A stretch of 31,364 bases of DNA from positions 1 through 31,364 of IMG/VR virus record IMGVR_UViG_3300010366_000039; one strand, 5' to 3'. Origin of the DNA: a virus (Duplodnaviria; Caudoviricetes). Shown here in pieces: positions 9,456 through 18,337 of the stretch (positions within the stretch are counted from its first letter, which is position 1; every line of letters starts with the position of its first letter). The notes beneath the pieces are model-generated. The model worked only from the letters and a program-made list of their open reading frames with translations, was not told the DNA's origin and made no database searches. The translations under genes and the position numbers were made by a program.

Positions 9456-10063
9456 GGCGTCGGCGCATCCACACGAATGCCGGATGGTGACTTGCTGCGG
9501 CGCGATAGCTCCTTGATTTCCTCGAAAATCTCATCCCGTCGGCCTTTCCAGATCACGGGACCATTCGGAAAATCAGGATTGCGATTGAAGGCTTCCCCTT
9601 CAATCAGGGAGCCGAAAAGATACAAATCCGGATGTGTGCTATAGAGCCAATTGACACCACCCGATAGCGCCGTGATCTTCTGATAATACTCAAATTCCAG
9701 CGATGTCGATGTGGTGGGCCTGATCTTGAGCGTCGCGCCCTCGATCGTAAAGATCACCGGCGTTCCCGATGGCGTGGTCGGATATTCCCGTTGCAGCTTG
9801 GATGGAGTGACATATTCGAGGTCTTGCCGAATCGATGTGCCCACATTAGTGACCCTGATCCAGCTCAGATAGTCAGTCGGTAACGTCACCGAACCCGCCG
9901 ATGGCGATAACGTTGTGGAAGTCTCCATCTGCCGAACCAAAAGCCGACGATTTGCACAAGCCTCAAAGATAGTGACAAAATCATCCAATTGAGACGTAAG
10001 ATCGTCCCGCGCGAGCCATGAGGCGATCGACGTCTTAAGCTCCGCATAGGTCGTCAGGGGCAT
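9452..10063 (-). CDS. Head-tail adaptor (tail tubular protein A-like)
   Basis: TYAELKTSIASWLARDDL...EACANRRL.VRQME...NWLYSTHPDLYLFGSL motifs. Confidence 0.85.
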   Translation of the reverse strand: MPLTTYAELKTSIASWLARDDLTSQLDDFVTIFEACANRRLLVRQMETSTTLSPSAGSVTLPTDYLSWIRVTNVGTSIRQDLEYVTPSKLQREYPTTPSGTPVIFTIEGATLKIRPTTSTSLEFEYYQKITALSGGVNWLYSTHPDLYLFGSLIEGEAFNRNPDFPNGPVIWKGRRDEIFEEIKELSRRSKSPSGIRVDAPTP

Positions 10064-10372
10064 TTATTTGGTCCAGCCGACCATGTGGCTAGGGCCATCA
10101 GTCCGCAGATAGGCCCATTCAGGATCGTTAAGCTTACGGGCCACAATCTCATCCCACTCTGAGGATAGGTAACGAACATTGTGGCCATGTTGCAGTTCCT
10201 CATTGAGCCACTTCACCATGATGACAGCCGGAATGGTGGCAATATGCCGTCCCCAGTCGGATTTCTGCTCCATGGAGCGAAGTTGCTTGTTGCGTTCAAG
10301 GATCGGCTCTACATCCTGCTGGGAGACCGCAACAACTTCCCTATTGCCTGCTGGTATGATTTCCGTCTTCAT
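10064..10372 (-). CDS. Conserved phage protein (head-tail region)
   Basis: QDVEPILERNK...GRHIATIP...KLNDPEWAYLRT motif. Confidence 0.8.
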   Translation of the reverse strand: MKTEIIPAGNREVVAVSQQDVEPILERNKQLRSMEQKSDWGRHIATIPAVIMVKWLNEELQHGHNVRYLSSEWDEIVARKLNDPEWAYLRTDGPSHMVGWTK

Positions 10373-10496
10373 TTTCGCAATTCATCTTTTCAAGAAGAGC
10401 TTTCATGTCTGCCTCAAGCTGGGCAATCAGGCGCAGGAATTTCACTTCGGATTCCTGTTCCTTCTTCCATTCGTCGAAATTGACCAGATTTGTCAT
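10341..10496 (-). CDS. Small hypothetical protein (51 aa, absent from ORF track)
   Basis: MTNLVNFDEWKKEQESEVKFLRLIAQLEADMKALLEKMNCENEDGNHTSRQ; ATGA overlap with upstream stop; fills the gap. Confidence 0.55.
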   Translation of the reverse strand: MTNLVNFDEWKKEQESEVKFLRLIAQLEADMKALLEKMNCENEDGNHTSRQ

Positions 10497-10807
10497 TTGG
10501 TCAGCTCCACCAATGTCATAGTCGGCGTGGAAGCATCATTGCTGATGACCGAGACCTTTTGGCCAGGGGTTAGTTTGTAGCGCGAGACCCAATTGGCCGG
10601 CACGAAGGCGCTCGTAGAATCGGCCACTGGAGCTTCGCCGATCGCCACCCGAATTCCCGATGTCGAGCTGGTTGACAGGCCAGGTGCGGAGATTTCGACC
10701 ATGTAGGTCTCGGAACCGACCGATGTCGTTGATGCCGCCGCACCACCGGCTGAATTGACAGCCAGAATCCTCGAATTGAGGATTCTCCATTCTGATTCGA
10801 AAGCCAT
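10493..10807 (-). CDS. Small beta-rich virion protein
   Basis: Start MAFESEW 2 nt after upstream stop; Ser/Thr-rich; PANW..YKLTPGQKVSVI. Confidence 0.7.
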   Translation of the reverse strand: MAFESEWRILNSRILAVNSAGGAAASTTSVGSETYMVEISAPGLSTSSTSGIRVAIGEAPVADSTSAFVPANWVSRYKLTPGQKVSVISNDASTPTMTLVELTK

Positions 10808-10809
10808 GG

Positions 10810-11208
10810 TTACACCGCCCTGCGGATCACCGCATAAACCGTGCAACCCACAGCCGACGTATTCCCGCCCGACGTGATGAACCTGAGAGCATCGCCGGCA
10901 TTGACATACTGGCCGGGATTGACCGCCACAGAGCAACTATTGCCCTGGTAGAGTCCGCCCGAGGCGAATGTCGTGGTATTGACGATCGTCGTATAGTTCG
11001 ATGCGTTAGATGCGATGATGTTGTTGCCGATCTGGACCTGCAACGTCATGGCGGATGTGACCGAATCGTTCGGCCAGAAGCCAACTTCGTTGACATACCC
11101 CTTCCAGGGAGAGCCGATGTTGATAACCGACCCGGCTGGTGTGCCGCCGGTCGCATTGAAGGTCTGGATTACGGCATCCAGTAGCGGATGTATCACGTTG
11201 TAGGGCAT
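10810..11208 (-). CDS. Putative capsid decoration/beta-sandwich virion protein
   Basis: GGAG RBS; VNAGDALRFITSGG motif; location after capsid region. Confidence 0.65.
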   Translation of the reverse strand: MPYNVIHPLLDAVIQTFNATGGTPAGSVINIGSPWKGYVNEVGFWPNDSVTSAMTLQVQIGNNIIASNASNYTTIVNTTTFASGGLYQGNSCSVAVNPGQYVNAGDALRFITSGGNTSAVGCTVYAVIRRAV

Positions 11209-11220
11209 TTATTTTGCTCC

Positions 11221-12090
11221 TTAGGCCGCTTTCTTGAGTGATTCCAGGAATTCCGCAAGCTTTCGTTCGGCCTTCTCCTTGGCTCGCAGATATCCGGGGT
11301 CCGCCGGACCTTCTTCGGCCCGTGCATTCTCGATCTGTGAAGCATTATGGCGCACCCGATCATTGATGAGCCGCCCTTCGGCCTCGATTCCAGAGAAATT
11401 CTCCCGCAAATCGGCCTTGAGCCATTCCGGCGTGAGAAAATCGGGCGAATTGAGGATTGCGCGAGCCTTGGCGCGGCGTTCGAGCGCCATCAGGTCATAA
11501 TAGGAAGCCCAGAATCCGCAATCCCGCATTCTGAACGTCTTCCGAGCTTGATGGGCACTCGTTTTGATGTCGGCGAAGAAGTACCGGCCGACCAAGCGCG
11601 CAATATCGTGCACTTCGTGGTCGATGAACCAGAACGGGTAATCGTGGTTGTAGATGTAGCCGATCTTTTCCACCCATTTTGCCGTCATGGCCTGATAGGC
11701 AGGCGGGAACGTGCCGCCACCGATGAACGGCGAGCGCACGACACCAATTCCATCGGGGAAAAGTCGCGCTTTTTGCAGGACAATCTCATCAAATCCCGGC
11801 GTGGTGAGTGCATTGCAATCATGGCCCACGAGATAGAGATCGCCCGGACAATCGGTGAGCGCGCGGTCGGTCTTCTCGCCACGCGTATCCTCACGCGGCC
11901 GGATCGAGACCTTAATTCGCTTGTCGTGCGGCAATTCGCCGAGACGATCAATTGTCTCCTTATCATCCTCATCGACGGCAATCAGCGCATTGGTGTCATG
12001 GGATTTGACGTTCTTCCAAGTCATCGAGAACGACCACAGCAATTGATCGAAACGCTGCCTTGTCGCGACGATGATAACGAGCTTTTTCAT
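11221..12090 (-). CDS. Glycosyltransferase-like protein (GT-A/GT2-like)
   Basis: LVIIVATRQR N-terminal strand, IAVDEDD, WFIDHEV; start MKKL by ATGA overlap; DxD position degenerate (GHDC). Confidence 0.65.
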   Translation of the reverse strand: MKKLVIIVATRQRFDQLLWSFSMTWKNVKSHDTNALIAVDEDDKETIDRLGELPHDKRIKVSIRPREDTRGEKTDRALTDCPGDLYLVGHDCNALTTPGFDEIVLQKARLFPDGIGVVRSPFIGGGTFPPAYQAMTAKWVEKIGYIYNHDYPFWFIDHEVHDIARLVGRYFFADIKTSAHQARKTFRMRDCGFWASYYDLMALERRAKARAILNSPDFLTPEWLKADLRENFSGIEAEGRLINDRVRHNASQIENARAEEGPADPGYLRAKEKAERKLAEFLESLKKAA

Positions 12091-12308
12091 TGCAAAGAGC
12101 TTTCCGGTGGCTCGGGCAGCTCCATCCATCGCGTCGGATGCGGACCTTCCTCATGCCAGGTGCGGATGTAACCAGCCTGCCAATACTGGATGCCGTGAAA
12201 CTTCACATAATGACCGACGAAAATCTTCTTAGCCGTGATGGATGGAAAATATAGCAGGACTTCCCTTCCGTCCTTCGGTGCCGAATCCATGTCTTGCCAT
12301 TCGCTCAT
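12087..12308 (-). CDS. DUF551-like small phage protein
   Basis: MSEWQDMDSAPKDGREVLL...PTRWMELPEPP. Confidence 0.8.
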   Translation of the reverse strand: MSEWQDMDSAPKDGREVLLYFPSITAKKIFVGHYVKFHGIQYWQAGYIRTWHEEGPHPTRWMELPEPPESSLQ

Positions 12309-12326
12309 GGGTGCTGCGTCCAATCC

Positions 12327-13235
12327 CTATGCAGCCGGTGAGGAGACGTCTTTGGCTCGCTTCTTGGCTTCTTCCGCCAGATCGATCTTTTCCCCCATCG
12401 TCTTCCGCATAAGCACAAGCGGAGGAACGTTCGGAAATTCGCTTTCCAGCCGGTCAAATGTCTCGGCTTTGCGTTCCAGCCACTGTCGGATAGTCCCATG
12501 ATTGTAGGCCCTCAGGCCGATGTGCGTCAGGTTCAGATCGGGGTCGAGATAGACCTTGAAACCGGCCTGATGTGCGTGCTCGGCAAAGATATATCCCTCA
12601 TCATAGACGCCGGATGGACGTTGAAGGTTGTCGAAAAACATCCAGCTCCGCTGGCCTTCCGGATTGAACCGATCCTTAAATTCGAGCCAAGGCTGATCCT
12701 TAGCAATCTTCTCCAGGCATCGTCGGCTGATCCTCAAGAACCCCGGTGTGACTGCCTGAACTTCCCATAATCCATTCTTCTCCATCAAGCCATCGGCCGG
12801 CCATCGCAGCGGAAAATCGCCGGAGTCATCCTTATACGGATAAGCACCGCCGACAATATCCACATCATGCTCGCATAATCGGACGAATTCGTTGGCCTTC
12901 CATTCCAGGTCGGTATCGACGAATACAAGATCGGAGCAATTGGCCGCATTCGGGTTAACCAAGAACTGCGAGGCGAGAAGGCTTCGGCCCCGAGCCACCA
13001 TGCTATCGGCCTCACGCAAAATATAGGTGAAGCCCCATCCCTTTTCCGCGCATTGCGTCAATGCCTGCAACAAGCACGTCATCGTGCGCGTCATGATGGT
13101 GGCATTGTAGGTCAGGATACAGAGGCAAATGGCTTTCTTCTGCGGCTCCTTGGGCTTCTCGATGAAGCCCGGGGGCATCTGTTCGGCCACGAACCGATTG
13201 ATTTCTTCCGCCGACAATGTCGTGAGATTGGTCAT
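12327..13235 (-). CDS. Glycosyltransferase-like protein (GT-A fold)
   Basis: DSMVARGRSLL, LVFVDTD (DxD), DIVGGAYP.K, GFLRISR, GFKVYLDPDLNLTHIG. Confidence 0.8.
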   Translation of the reverse strand: MTNLTTLSAEEINRFVAEQMPPGFIEKPKEPQKKAICLCILTYNATIMTRTMTCLLQALTQCAEKGWGFTYILREADSMVARGRSLLASQFLVNPNAANCSDLVFVDTDLEWKANEFVRLCEHDVDIVGGAYPYKDDSGDFPLRWPADGLMEKNGLWEVQAVTPGFLRISRRCLEKIAKDQPWLEFKDRFNPEGQRSWMFFDNLQRPSGVYDEGYIFAEHAHQAGFKVYLDPDLNLTHIGLRAYNHGTIRQWLERKAETFDRLESEFPNVPPLVLMRKTMGEKIDLAEEAKKRAKDVSSPAA

Positions 13236-13249
13236 CAAATCTCCGGTAA

Positions 13250-13272
13250 GGGCGGACGGCTGGATGCCGCCC
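13250..13272 (-). terminator. GC stem-loop after capsid gene (weak terminator or mRNA stabiliser)
   Basis: GGGCGG-N11-CCGCCC; only TT follows, no U-tract. Confidence 0.35.
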
Positions 13273-13291
13273 GCGAGTTGTCGCGTTTTGT

Positions 13292-14248
13292 TTACGCGCT
13301 AGTCACGTCGAACACGCCGCCCGAGCCTTTTTCGTTGCGTGCTTCCAACGTGTACTCGGTGAGCAACTGACGCTGATCGCTGTCACCCGTCTTGGCCAAA
13401 TCCTGCGATAGCATGTTGCGGCCCTTGAGCGTAGCCAGGCCCCACATATCCATCTGGAGGATCAGGACGTCACGGGCCCGCATAAAGCGATCGGGCACCA
13501 CCTTGAGCGAACCGAAATCACTCTGATAGACGTCAACAGTCGCCACGATCTTGCGACTACCGGCCTCCTCCATCGGGGTCGATCGGCCGGTGAAGGTCGA
13601 GAACTGTTGCTTATTGAAGCCACCGGCCAGGACGACGTTCGGATCACCGCCATTATTCCAGATCGACTGAAGCACGGTCTTCAACAGGGCCTCGGTGAAA
13701 GCCCGCATGGTGCCATCCGTACGGGTTGACGCTCCACCACCGAGGGATGACGGATCGGACCCGGTCGTGGCCTTGCTCGTATTGGAGAAGATATAGGCCA
13801 GCACGGCACCGAGAGCCCGCGGGACCGTCGGAGAACCGGACGCCTTGCCCTGATTGGCCAGGACAATCGTCTCCATGTCGCGCTTCAGCTCGCGACCCTT
13901 GAGCATGACCTGATAATCAAGCTCATCATCGCGGCCGGCATGGTCGACATTGCGTTGCGTGCCGGTAACGCGGGCCACCTTGTCAGAGATTTGCAGGATA
14001 TTGCCGAGACGAACGGTAGCCGTCGCAGTGTCGGTCGTCGCGTCGTCGCCTTCCAGCACCGAGTTCACCGAGTTGACGGCGGCAAGAGCCTGCGTCTGCC
14101 ATTCATGCAGGACCGCGGTGGCACGGGCCTTGTCGATGCCGCTGATGAACGGTGTTTCGGTCGGATCGACATTGTAGATGATGTCGGATAGATCTTCCCG
14201 GTTGCCGAAAGCCGAGAAGGTGTTGAAAGTACCAACGGGCATCGTCAT
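13292..14248 (-). CDS. Major capsid protein (DUF5309/SU10-like)
   Basis: GNREDLSDIIYNVDPTETPF...HEWQTQAL...ELKRDME...LAKTGDS...EYTLEARNEK. Confidence 0.93.
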   Translation of the reverse strand: MTMPVGTFNTFSAFGNREDLSDIIYNVDPTETPFISGIDKARATAVLHEWQTQALAAVNSVNSVLEGDDATTDTATATVRLGNILQISDKVARVTGTQRNVDHAGRDDELDYQVMLKGRELKRDMETIVLANQGKASGSPTVPRALGAVLAYIFSNTSKATTGSDPSSLGGGASTRTDGTMRAFTEALLKTVLQSIWNNGGDPNVVLAGGFNKQQFSTFTGRSTPMEEAGSRKIVATVDVYQSDFGSLKVVPDRFMRARDVLILQMDMWGLATLKGRNMLSQDLAKTGDSDQRQLLTEYTLEARNEKGSGGVFDVTSA

Positions 14249-14263
14249 TTTAGAGCTGCCTTT

Positions 14264-15349
14264 CTAGCGTCGAGAGGCCGCCCGCTTGGCCCGTAGCAAA
14301 TCCACGGCCGCCCTGCTGGCATCCATTCCGCGCGCATTTTCCAGTCTTTTCTGTGCTTGCTCGATCGCAGACAGGGCTTGTGCGCCTTTTCCTTGCGCCA
14401 CTCCCGGCCGCTGCGGTGGAGGCTTCACAACCGCCGTTATGGCCTTCGCATTCTCCCTTGCGGCATTGAAACGTGCGGCATCGTAGATAATCCGCTGCAT
14501 TTCGGCCGCCCGAAAGATGGGCTCGTGCCATAATCGCGTCAGAGTTTCGGGCTCGATGCCAACACTGTCAGTAAGATAAGGCAAGATCACCTTTTCCCTG
14601 ATTTCCGCCGCTTTCTTAGGATCGGCGAAATCCTTCGATTTAGAGATAAAGGTCTTGTCCTGCTCATCCGCCCACGTCTCAAAACGCTTCTGGCTTTCCT
14701 GGACCCGTTCGGTGCGAAGCCTTTCGTTCTCCGCATTCAATTGCCTGACCGAGTCCTGATGAGCCTGCCATTTAACATACCGAAATGGATCATTCTCGGC
14801 CAAATTCTGGATATCTTGCGGGGTTTTGATGTCCGCGAATTCAGATTTGGCCGTGAGCGTTTCAAGCGTGTTGGCAACCGCCTGTTCGTACCTCTGACGT
14901 TGTTCCTCAGCCGCTTGCTCTTTTGCCGCAAGCGTCTTGGAACGTTCGGAAGCCTCGTTCTGTGCCCTGCGAAGCGCGGCATGATCCTGCCGATCACGCT
15001 CAAGCAATAACTCTTGAGTGTCGCGATCGAGCTGTGACCAACGCTCGTTATGCTCCTTGGGCCATGATCTGGGACGGCTGAGGGGCGGCAAATCTGCCGG
15101 GTCAGATTCCTCGATCGTACTTTCGTCGGGAGCCTCCGCATCGGGAGGGGCGACGTCCTCAACAGGAGTTTCCTCCTGCCGGGATTCTTCTTGCCTGACC
15201 ACCGCTGCCTTGGGCTCCGGCGCTGGTGGCTCCGGCTGTACCTGCTTGGCACGCCAAGCGCCAAGTTGTTTAGCCGCTTCCCGCACGCTGACCGGCGCAT
15301 CATTGGCCAGAGCCGGCGTCGGAAGGTCAGATTGTTCGGTTTCGTCCAT
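14264..15349 (-). CDS. Capsid scaffolding protein
   Basis: Acidic Pro-rich N-terminus, coiled-coil body, basic C-terminus; directly upstream of capsid gene. Confidence 0.8.
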   Translation of the reverse strand: MDETEQSDLPTPALANDAPVSVREAAKQLGAWRAKQVQPEPPAPEPKAAVVRQEESRQEETPVEDVAPPDAEAPDESTIEESDPADLPPLSRPRSWPKEHNERWSQLDRDTQELLLERDRQDHAALRRAQNEASERSKTLAAKEQAAEEQRQRYEQAVANTLETLTAKSEFADIKTPQDIQNLAENDPFRYVKWQAHQDSVRQLNAENERLRTERVQESQKRFETWADEQDKTFISKSKDFADPKKAAEIREKVILPYLTDSVGIEPETLTRLWHEPIFRAAEMQRIIYDAARFNAARENAKAITAVVKPPPQRPGVAQGKGAQALSAIEQAQKRLENARGMDASRAAVDLLRAKRAASRR

Positions 15350-15369
15350 ATCTCATCCCGCGAATTGCG

Positions 15370-15648
15370 TCAACTTTGCAGCCTTTCGGCCAGAATTCGC
15401 TCAATTTCCACTTCGGCAAGCTTGCCGTTGGCGATGATCTGAACGAGAAAATCGCGAACCTTTCCCAGCATATGGACGGCCGTCCAAAGCCGTTGACGGG
15501 CATCGTCATCGCGCAGCTCTGTCTGCTTCCACGCTCGTATGAAATCCTGCTCAAGTTGGATGAAAGCCTCATTGAACAGCTCATCGCTGAGGATTGCCCT
15601 TGCTCTGGCAGCCCGCACGGCATACTCGCGTAATTTGTCCTCGGCCAT
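15370..15648 (-). CDS. Conserved small head-module protein
   Basis: RARAILSDELFNEAF...W...D...RQRLW...L..IIANGKLA, usually found between portal and scaffold. Confidence 0.8.
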   Translation of the reverse strand: MAEDKLREYAVRAARARAILSDELFNEAFIQLEQDFIRAWKQTELRDDDARQRLWTAVHMLGKVRDFLVQIIANGKLAEVEIERILAERLQS

Positions 15649-15649
15649 A

Positions 15650-16147
15650 TCAATTCAACAGGAGGAAGGTTGCTTCCTCATCGTCATCTTGAGCGAGACG
15701 TTCCAGGGACTTGGCCGCGATTTCGATGTTCATCGATCGAACCTGGATTTCCCTGATCTTTGCGGTTGCCGTCACTGCCTCAAGAGAAGATCGCAGCCGC
15801 CTGGTTTCATCGACGAGGGATTGGCCCGCCTCGGACTCTCTTGCAGCCGTAATCGCTTCCTCGGCCGCATCGGTGGCCTTGGCCAGGGTTTTGCGTGCGG
15901 TGGCCCCAAGACCGGCCTGTATTGCCCGAGCCTCACGAAGCGCCTGCAAGGCCCATTGGATTTCCTCCATGAACCGCTTGCGGCTGTAACTGGTGCCAAA
16001 GCCGCCGCCCGGGCTCGGACCAACGACCGGCGTTTCGCTCGTATAATAAGCCAGGCCGCCGAGCTGGCGCAGGAAGATGCTCCTCCAGCCGCCATGCGTT
16101 ACTGCTGGAACGGAGCCCCAGCGAAAGGTGGGGCCGATTATTCTCAT
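15650..16147 (-). CDS. Hypothetical protein
   Basis: ATGA-coupled; helical C-terminus ending DDDEEATFLLL. Confidence 0.7.
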   Translation of the reverse strand: MRIIGPTFRWGSVPAVTHGGWRSIFLRQLGGLAYYTSETPVVGPSPGGGFGTSYSRKRFMEEIQWALQALREARAIQAGLGATARKTLAKATDAAEEAITAARESEAGQSLVDETRRLRSSLEAVTATAKIREIQVRSMNIEIAAKSLERLAQDDDEEATFLLLN

Positions 16148-16722
16148 GCCGGATCAACCGTGATGATCGGAAGCGCCGCCGCGTCAGTCGTCAAGGTCGC
16201 CGTCCATGACGCCGTCGAATCGTCTTCCTTGGTCACCGTCATGGTGCCGGCAGCCACCGAGACCTTGTTGCGATTGAACCGCAGGGCCTGCCGTACCGTC
16301 CTGACCGATGGCGAGCCGGAATCGGTTCCGGTGCTCATGTCGCGATCGAGCAAGGCATCGGCCACCGATGTGCGTTCGCCGGAAGTCAAGGCGTATCCGG
16401 TCTTGTCGTTATTCGTTCCGACCGTGACTGAATCGCCGAGGATCGTGGCGCTCACTTGATCGGAGAAATCAGTCGGATCGCCGCTCGCAGCCGTGATGTG
16501 ATAAGCCAGGTCACCAACCGTGTTGGTATCCGTCGTCGTCAACGCCACCTTGTACCACCCACTGGAAATCTCCGTGACAGTGCCACCGGCAGCCGCAAAG
16601 GCACCGCCGGATTTTGACAAGTTGACCGAGGGACTGGCACCCGTCAGCGCACTTATATGGTCTGACGATTGAACCATAAGAAAGACACGTGTGTAGGTCG
16701 TCGATTGCTTGAGCGTCGCCAT
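16144..16722 (-). CDS. Putative virion accessory protein
   Basis: Thr/Ser/Ala-rich; VTEISSGWYKVALTTTDTNTVGDL and NNDKTGYALT motifs. Confidence 0.75.
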   Translation of the reverse strand: MATLKQSTTYTRVFLMVQSSDHISALTGASPSVNLSKSGGAFAAAGGTVTEISSGWYKVALTTTDTNTVGDLAYHITAASGDPTDFSDQVSATILGDSVTVGTNNDKTGYALTSGERTSVADALLDRDMSTGTDSGSPSVRTVRQALRFNRNKVSVAAGTMTVTKEDDSTASWTATLTTDAAALPIITVDPA

Positions 16723-16848
16723 CTAGCTGGCCTGCATCTGCCGACGTCCAATCACTGAGCCAATCAATGATAATGTCTTGCGAAACTTGGCAATAAATGA
16801 AGGAGCGCCAGTCGGAAGTTCCATTATGAGTGTCAATGGATAAAACAT
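16723..16848 (-). CDS. Small hypothetical protein (41 aa, absent from ORF track)
   Basis: MFYPLTLIMELPTGAPSFIAKFRKTLSLIGSVIGRRQMQAS fills the gap; stop abuts next ATG. Confidence 0.5.
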   Translation of the reverse strand: MFYPLTLIMELPTGAPSFIAKFRKTLSLIGSVIGRRQMQAS

Positions 16849-16851
16849 GAA

Positions 16852-17178
16852 CTAGATTCTGCGGACCGACCAAGGGAAAGCTCGCCCTGTCCCGGCTGTT
16901 TGCTTGAGAGTGAATTTAGCCTGCGTCGTTACTGCCATCGGCGGAAACACCTTGGCACTCGCGGTTCCTTGACCATGTTGATACGATTTCATCCACATTT
17001 CACGGTAATTACTGCCATCTACCATGTCATAACAACGGATTTCCACTAGATCACCAAGGGCAAGATTGACCATATCAACTGACAGAACATAGGTTGCAAC
17101 CGTGGTCGGCGTGGCAAGCGAATGCTCTGTTCCTATCGATGCCGTCTGCGTTCCCGATGAATCGACCGCCCAGCTCAT
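16852..17178 (-). CDS. Putative virion accessory protein
   Basis: Beta-rich; SGTQTASIGTEHSL...TLKQTAGTGRAFPWSV. Confidence 0.75.
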   Translation of the reverse strand: MSWAVDSSGTQTASIGTEHSLATPTTVATYVLSVDMVNLALGDLVEIRCYDMVDGSNYREMWMKSYQHGQGTASAKVFPPMAVTTQAKFTLKQTAGTGRAFPWSVRRI

Positions 17179-17960
17179 TTGTAAACCGCATAAAGAGTGA
17201 TGCCACTTGCTGCCGCCGACGCTCCGTCGCTTTGAATCCGTGCTGAAATTCTCGTTCCAGCAGGAATGAAAATCGGATAAAAAGGCGATACGCCCTGAAG
17301 CGACTGTCTTCCCATAAAATAATTGGAAATGATAGGAATCTCGTTTCCAGCAGAACCAATTGCTATGTCCAGCAACCTGTTTTCATTGGAATAGGCGCTT
17401 GAGGTCTGCCCAGGCCCCATCGTAGCGATAACAAACCCAAGATAATCCCGAGACGAAGATGCAGTCAAAGCCGTATAACTCCCCTTCGTATTGGCCGACG
17501 CATTGGGCGTTATATTCGTCGGATTGGATGACCAGCCAATCGTATCAACCCCGGAACCGACAGAAGGAGCAAACCCGGAAAAGGTCAAAATCTGCGCAAA
17601 AGTATTGGTCTGATCGAATGTGCACCGAGCAGAAATCCTTGTTCCCTCCGGAATGTAAATAGGAAAACACCAATGCGCCGTGGTTCCATGATTTGATCCA
17701 TCCCCTTGTGGAGTGAATGCAAGATTTGGAATTATCACAACCTCGCTGCCGGCTCCGCCGATTGCCACGTCAATGATGGAAGCCCAATTTCCCGAGCTAT
17801 CATACGAATGAATAACGTCGATGAATGACGTAGCACTGGGAGTCGATGCACTGTACTGAATGAAGGTGTTGACAGGTGAGAGCTTGATTCCCCTCGAATT
17901 TGCCGCATCGCTGCCGATATCCGAGCAATTACAGACATCATCAAGGTCGAAATTGCCCAT
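17175..17960 (-). CDS. Putative virion protein with internally duplicated domain
   Basis: IDVAIGGAGSEVVIIPN..FPIYIPEGTRISAR and LDIAIGSAGNEIPIISN..YPIFIPAGTRISAR. Confidence 0.75.
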   Translation of the reverse strand: MGNFDLDDVCNCSDIGSDAANSRGIKLSPVNTFIQYSASTPSATSFIDVIHSYDSSGNWASIIDVAIGGAGSEVVIIPNLAFTPQGDGSNHGTTAHWCFPIYIPEGTRISARCTFDQTNTFAQILTFSGFAPSVGSGVDTIGWSSNPTNITPNASANTKGSYTALTASSSRDYLGFVIATMGPGQTSSAYSNENRLLDIAIGSAGNEIPIISNYFMGRQSLQGVSPFYPIFIPAGTRISARIQSDGASAAASGITLYAVYK

Positions 17961-18337
17961 TAGCCGCCCGTTGCCGCGTTCAAGATCGCCCGGACGCCAG
18001 TCGTCGCCGATACCGAACTGCCATTTACATAGAGCGGAATATTGTTGAGTACCGTCAATGCTTGAACGGTGGAGAATGCCGACGTGGCACGCTGGACGGC
18101 CGTATAAATACGCGTGTCGATCGCATGGGTGCTGTTGGGCGTAGAATCCGCAGTTCCCAACGTGCCATCCGTATTCAACGGAGCCGTCGCCATTGCATTC
18201 AAGGTATTTCCAGAGGCATCATCGATATAAGCGCTATTTACCGTCTGGATATCATAGGTCAACTGCAACAGTCGGGCACAAAGTTGCTCGATACTGTTCT
18301 TATTCTGGATTGCCTGAGTCTGTGGTGTGACAGCCAT
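17960..18337 (-). CDS. Hypothetical virion-associated protein
   Basis: TAATG-coupled to portal and to downstream gene. Confidence 0.7.
   Translation of the reverse strand: MAVTPQTQAIQNKNSIEQLCARLLQLTYDIQTVNSAYIDDASGNTLNAMATAPLNTDGTLGTADSTPNSTHAIDTRIYTAVQRATSAFSTVQALTVLNNIPLYVNGSSVSATTGVRAILNAATGG

Noticed and set aside
11347-16459. Plus-strand ORFs 11347-12171 and 15539-16459
   Set aside because: Antisense to well-coupled minus-strand genes; implausible composition
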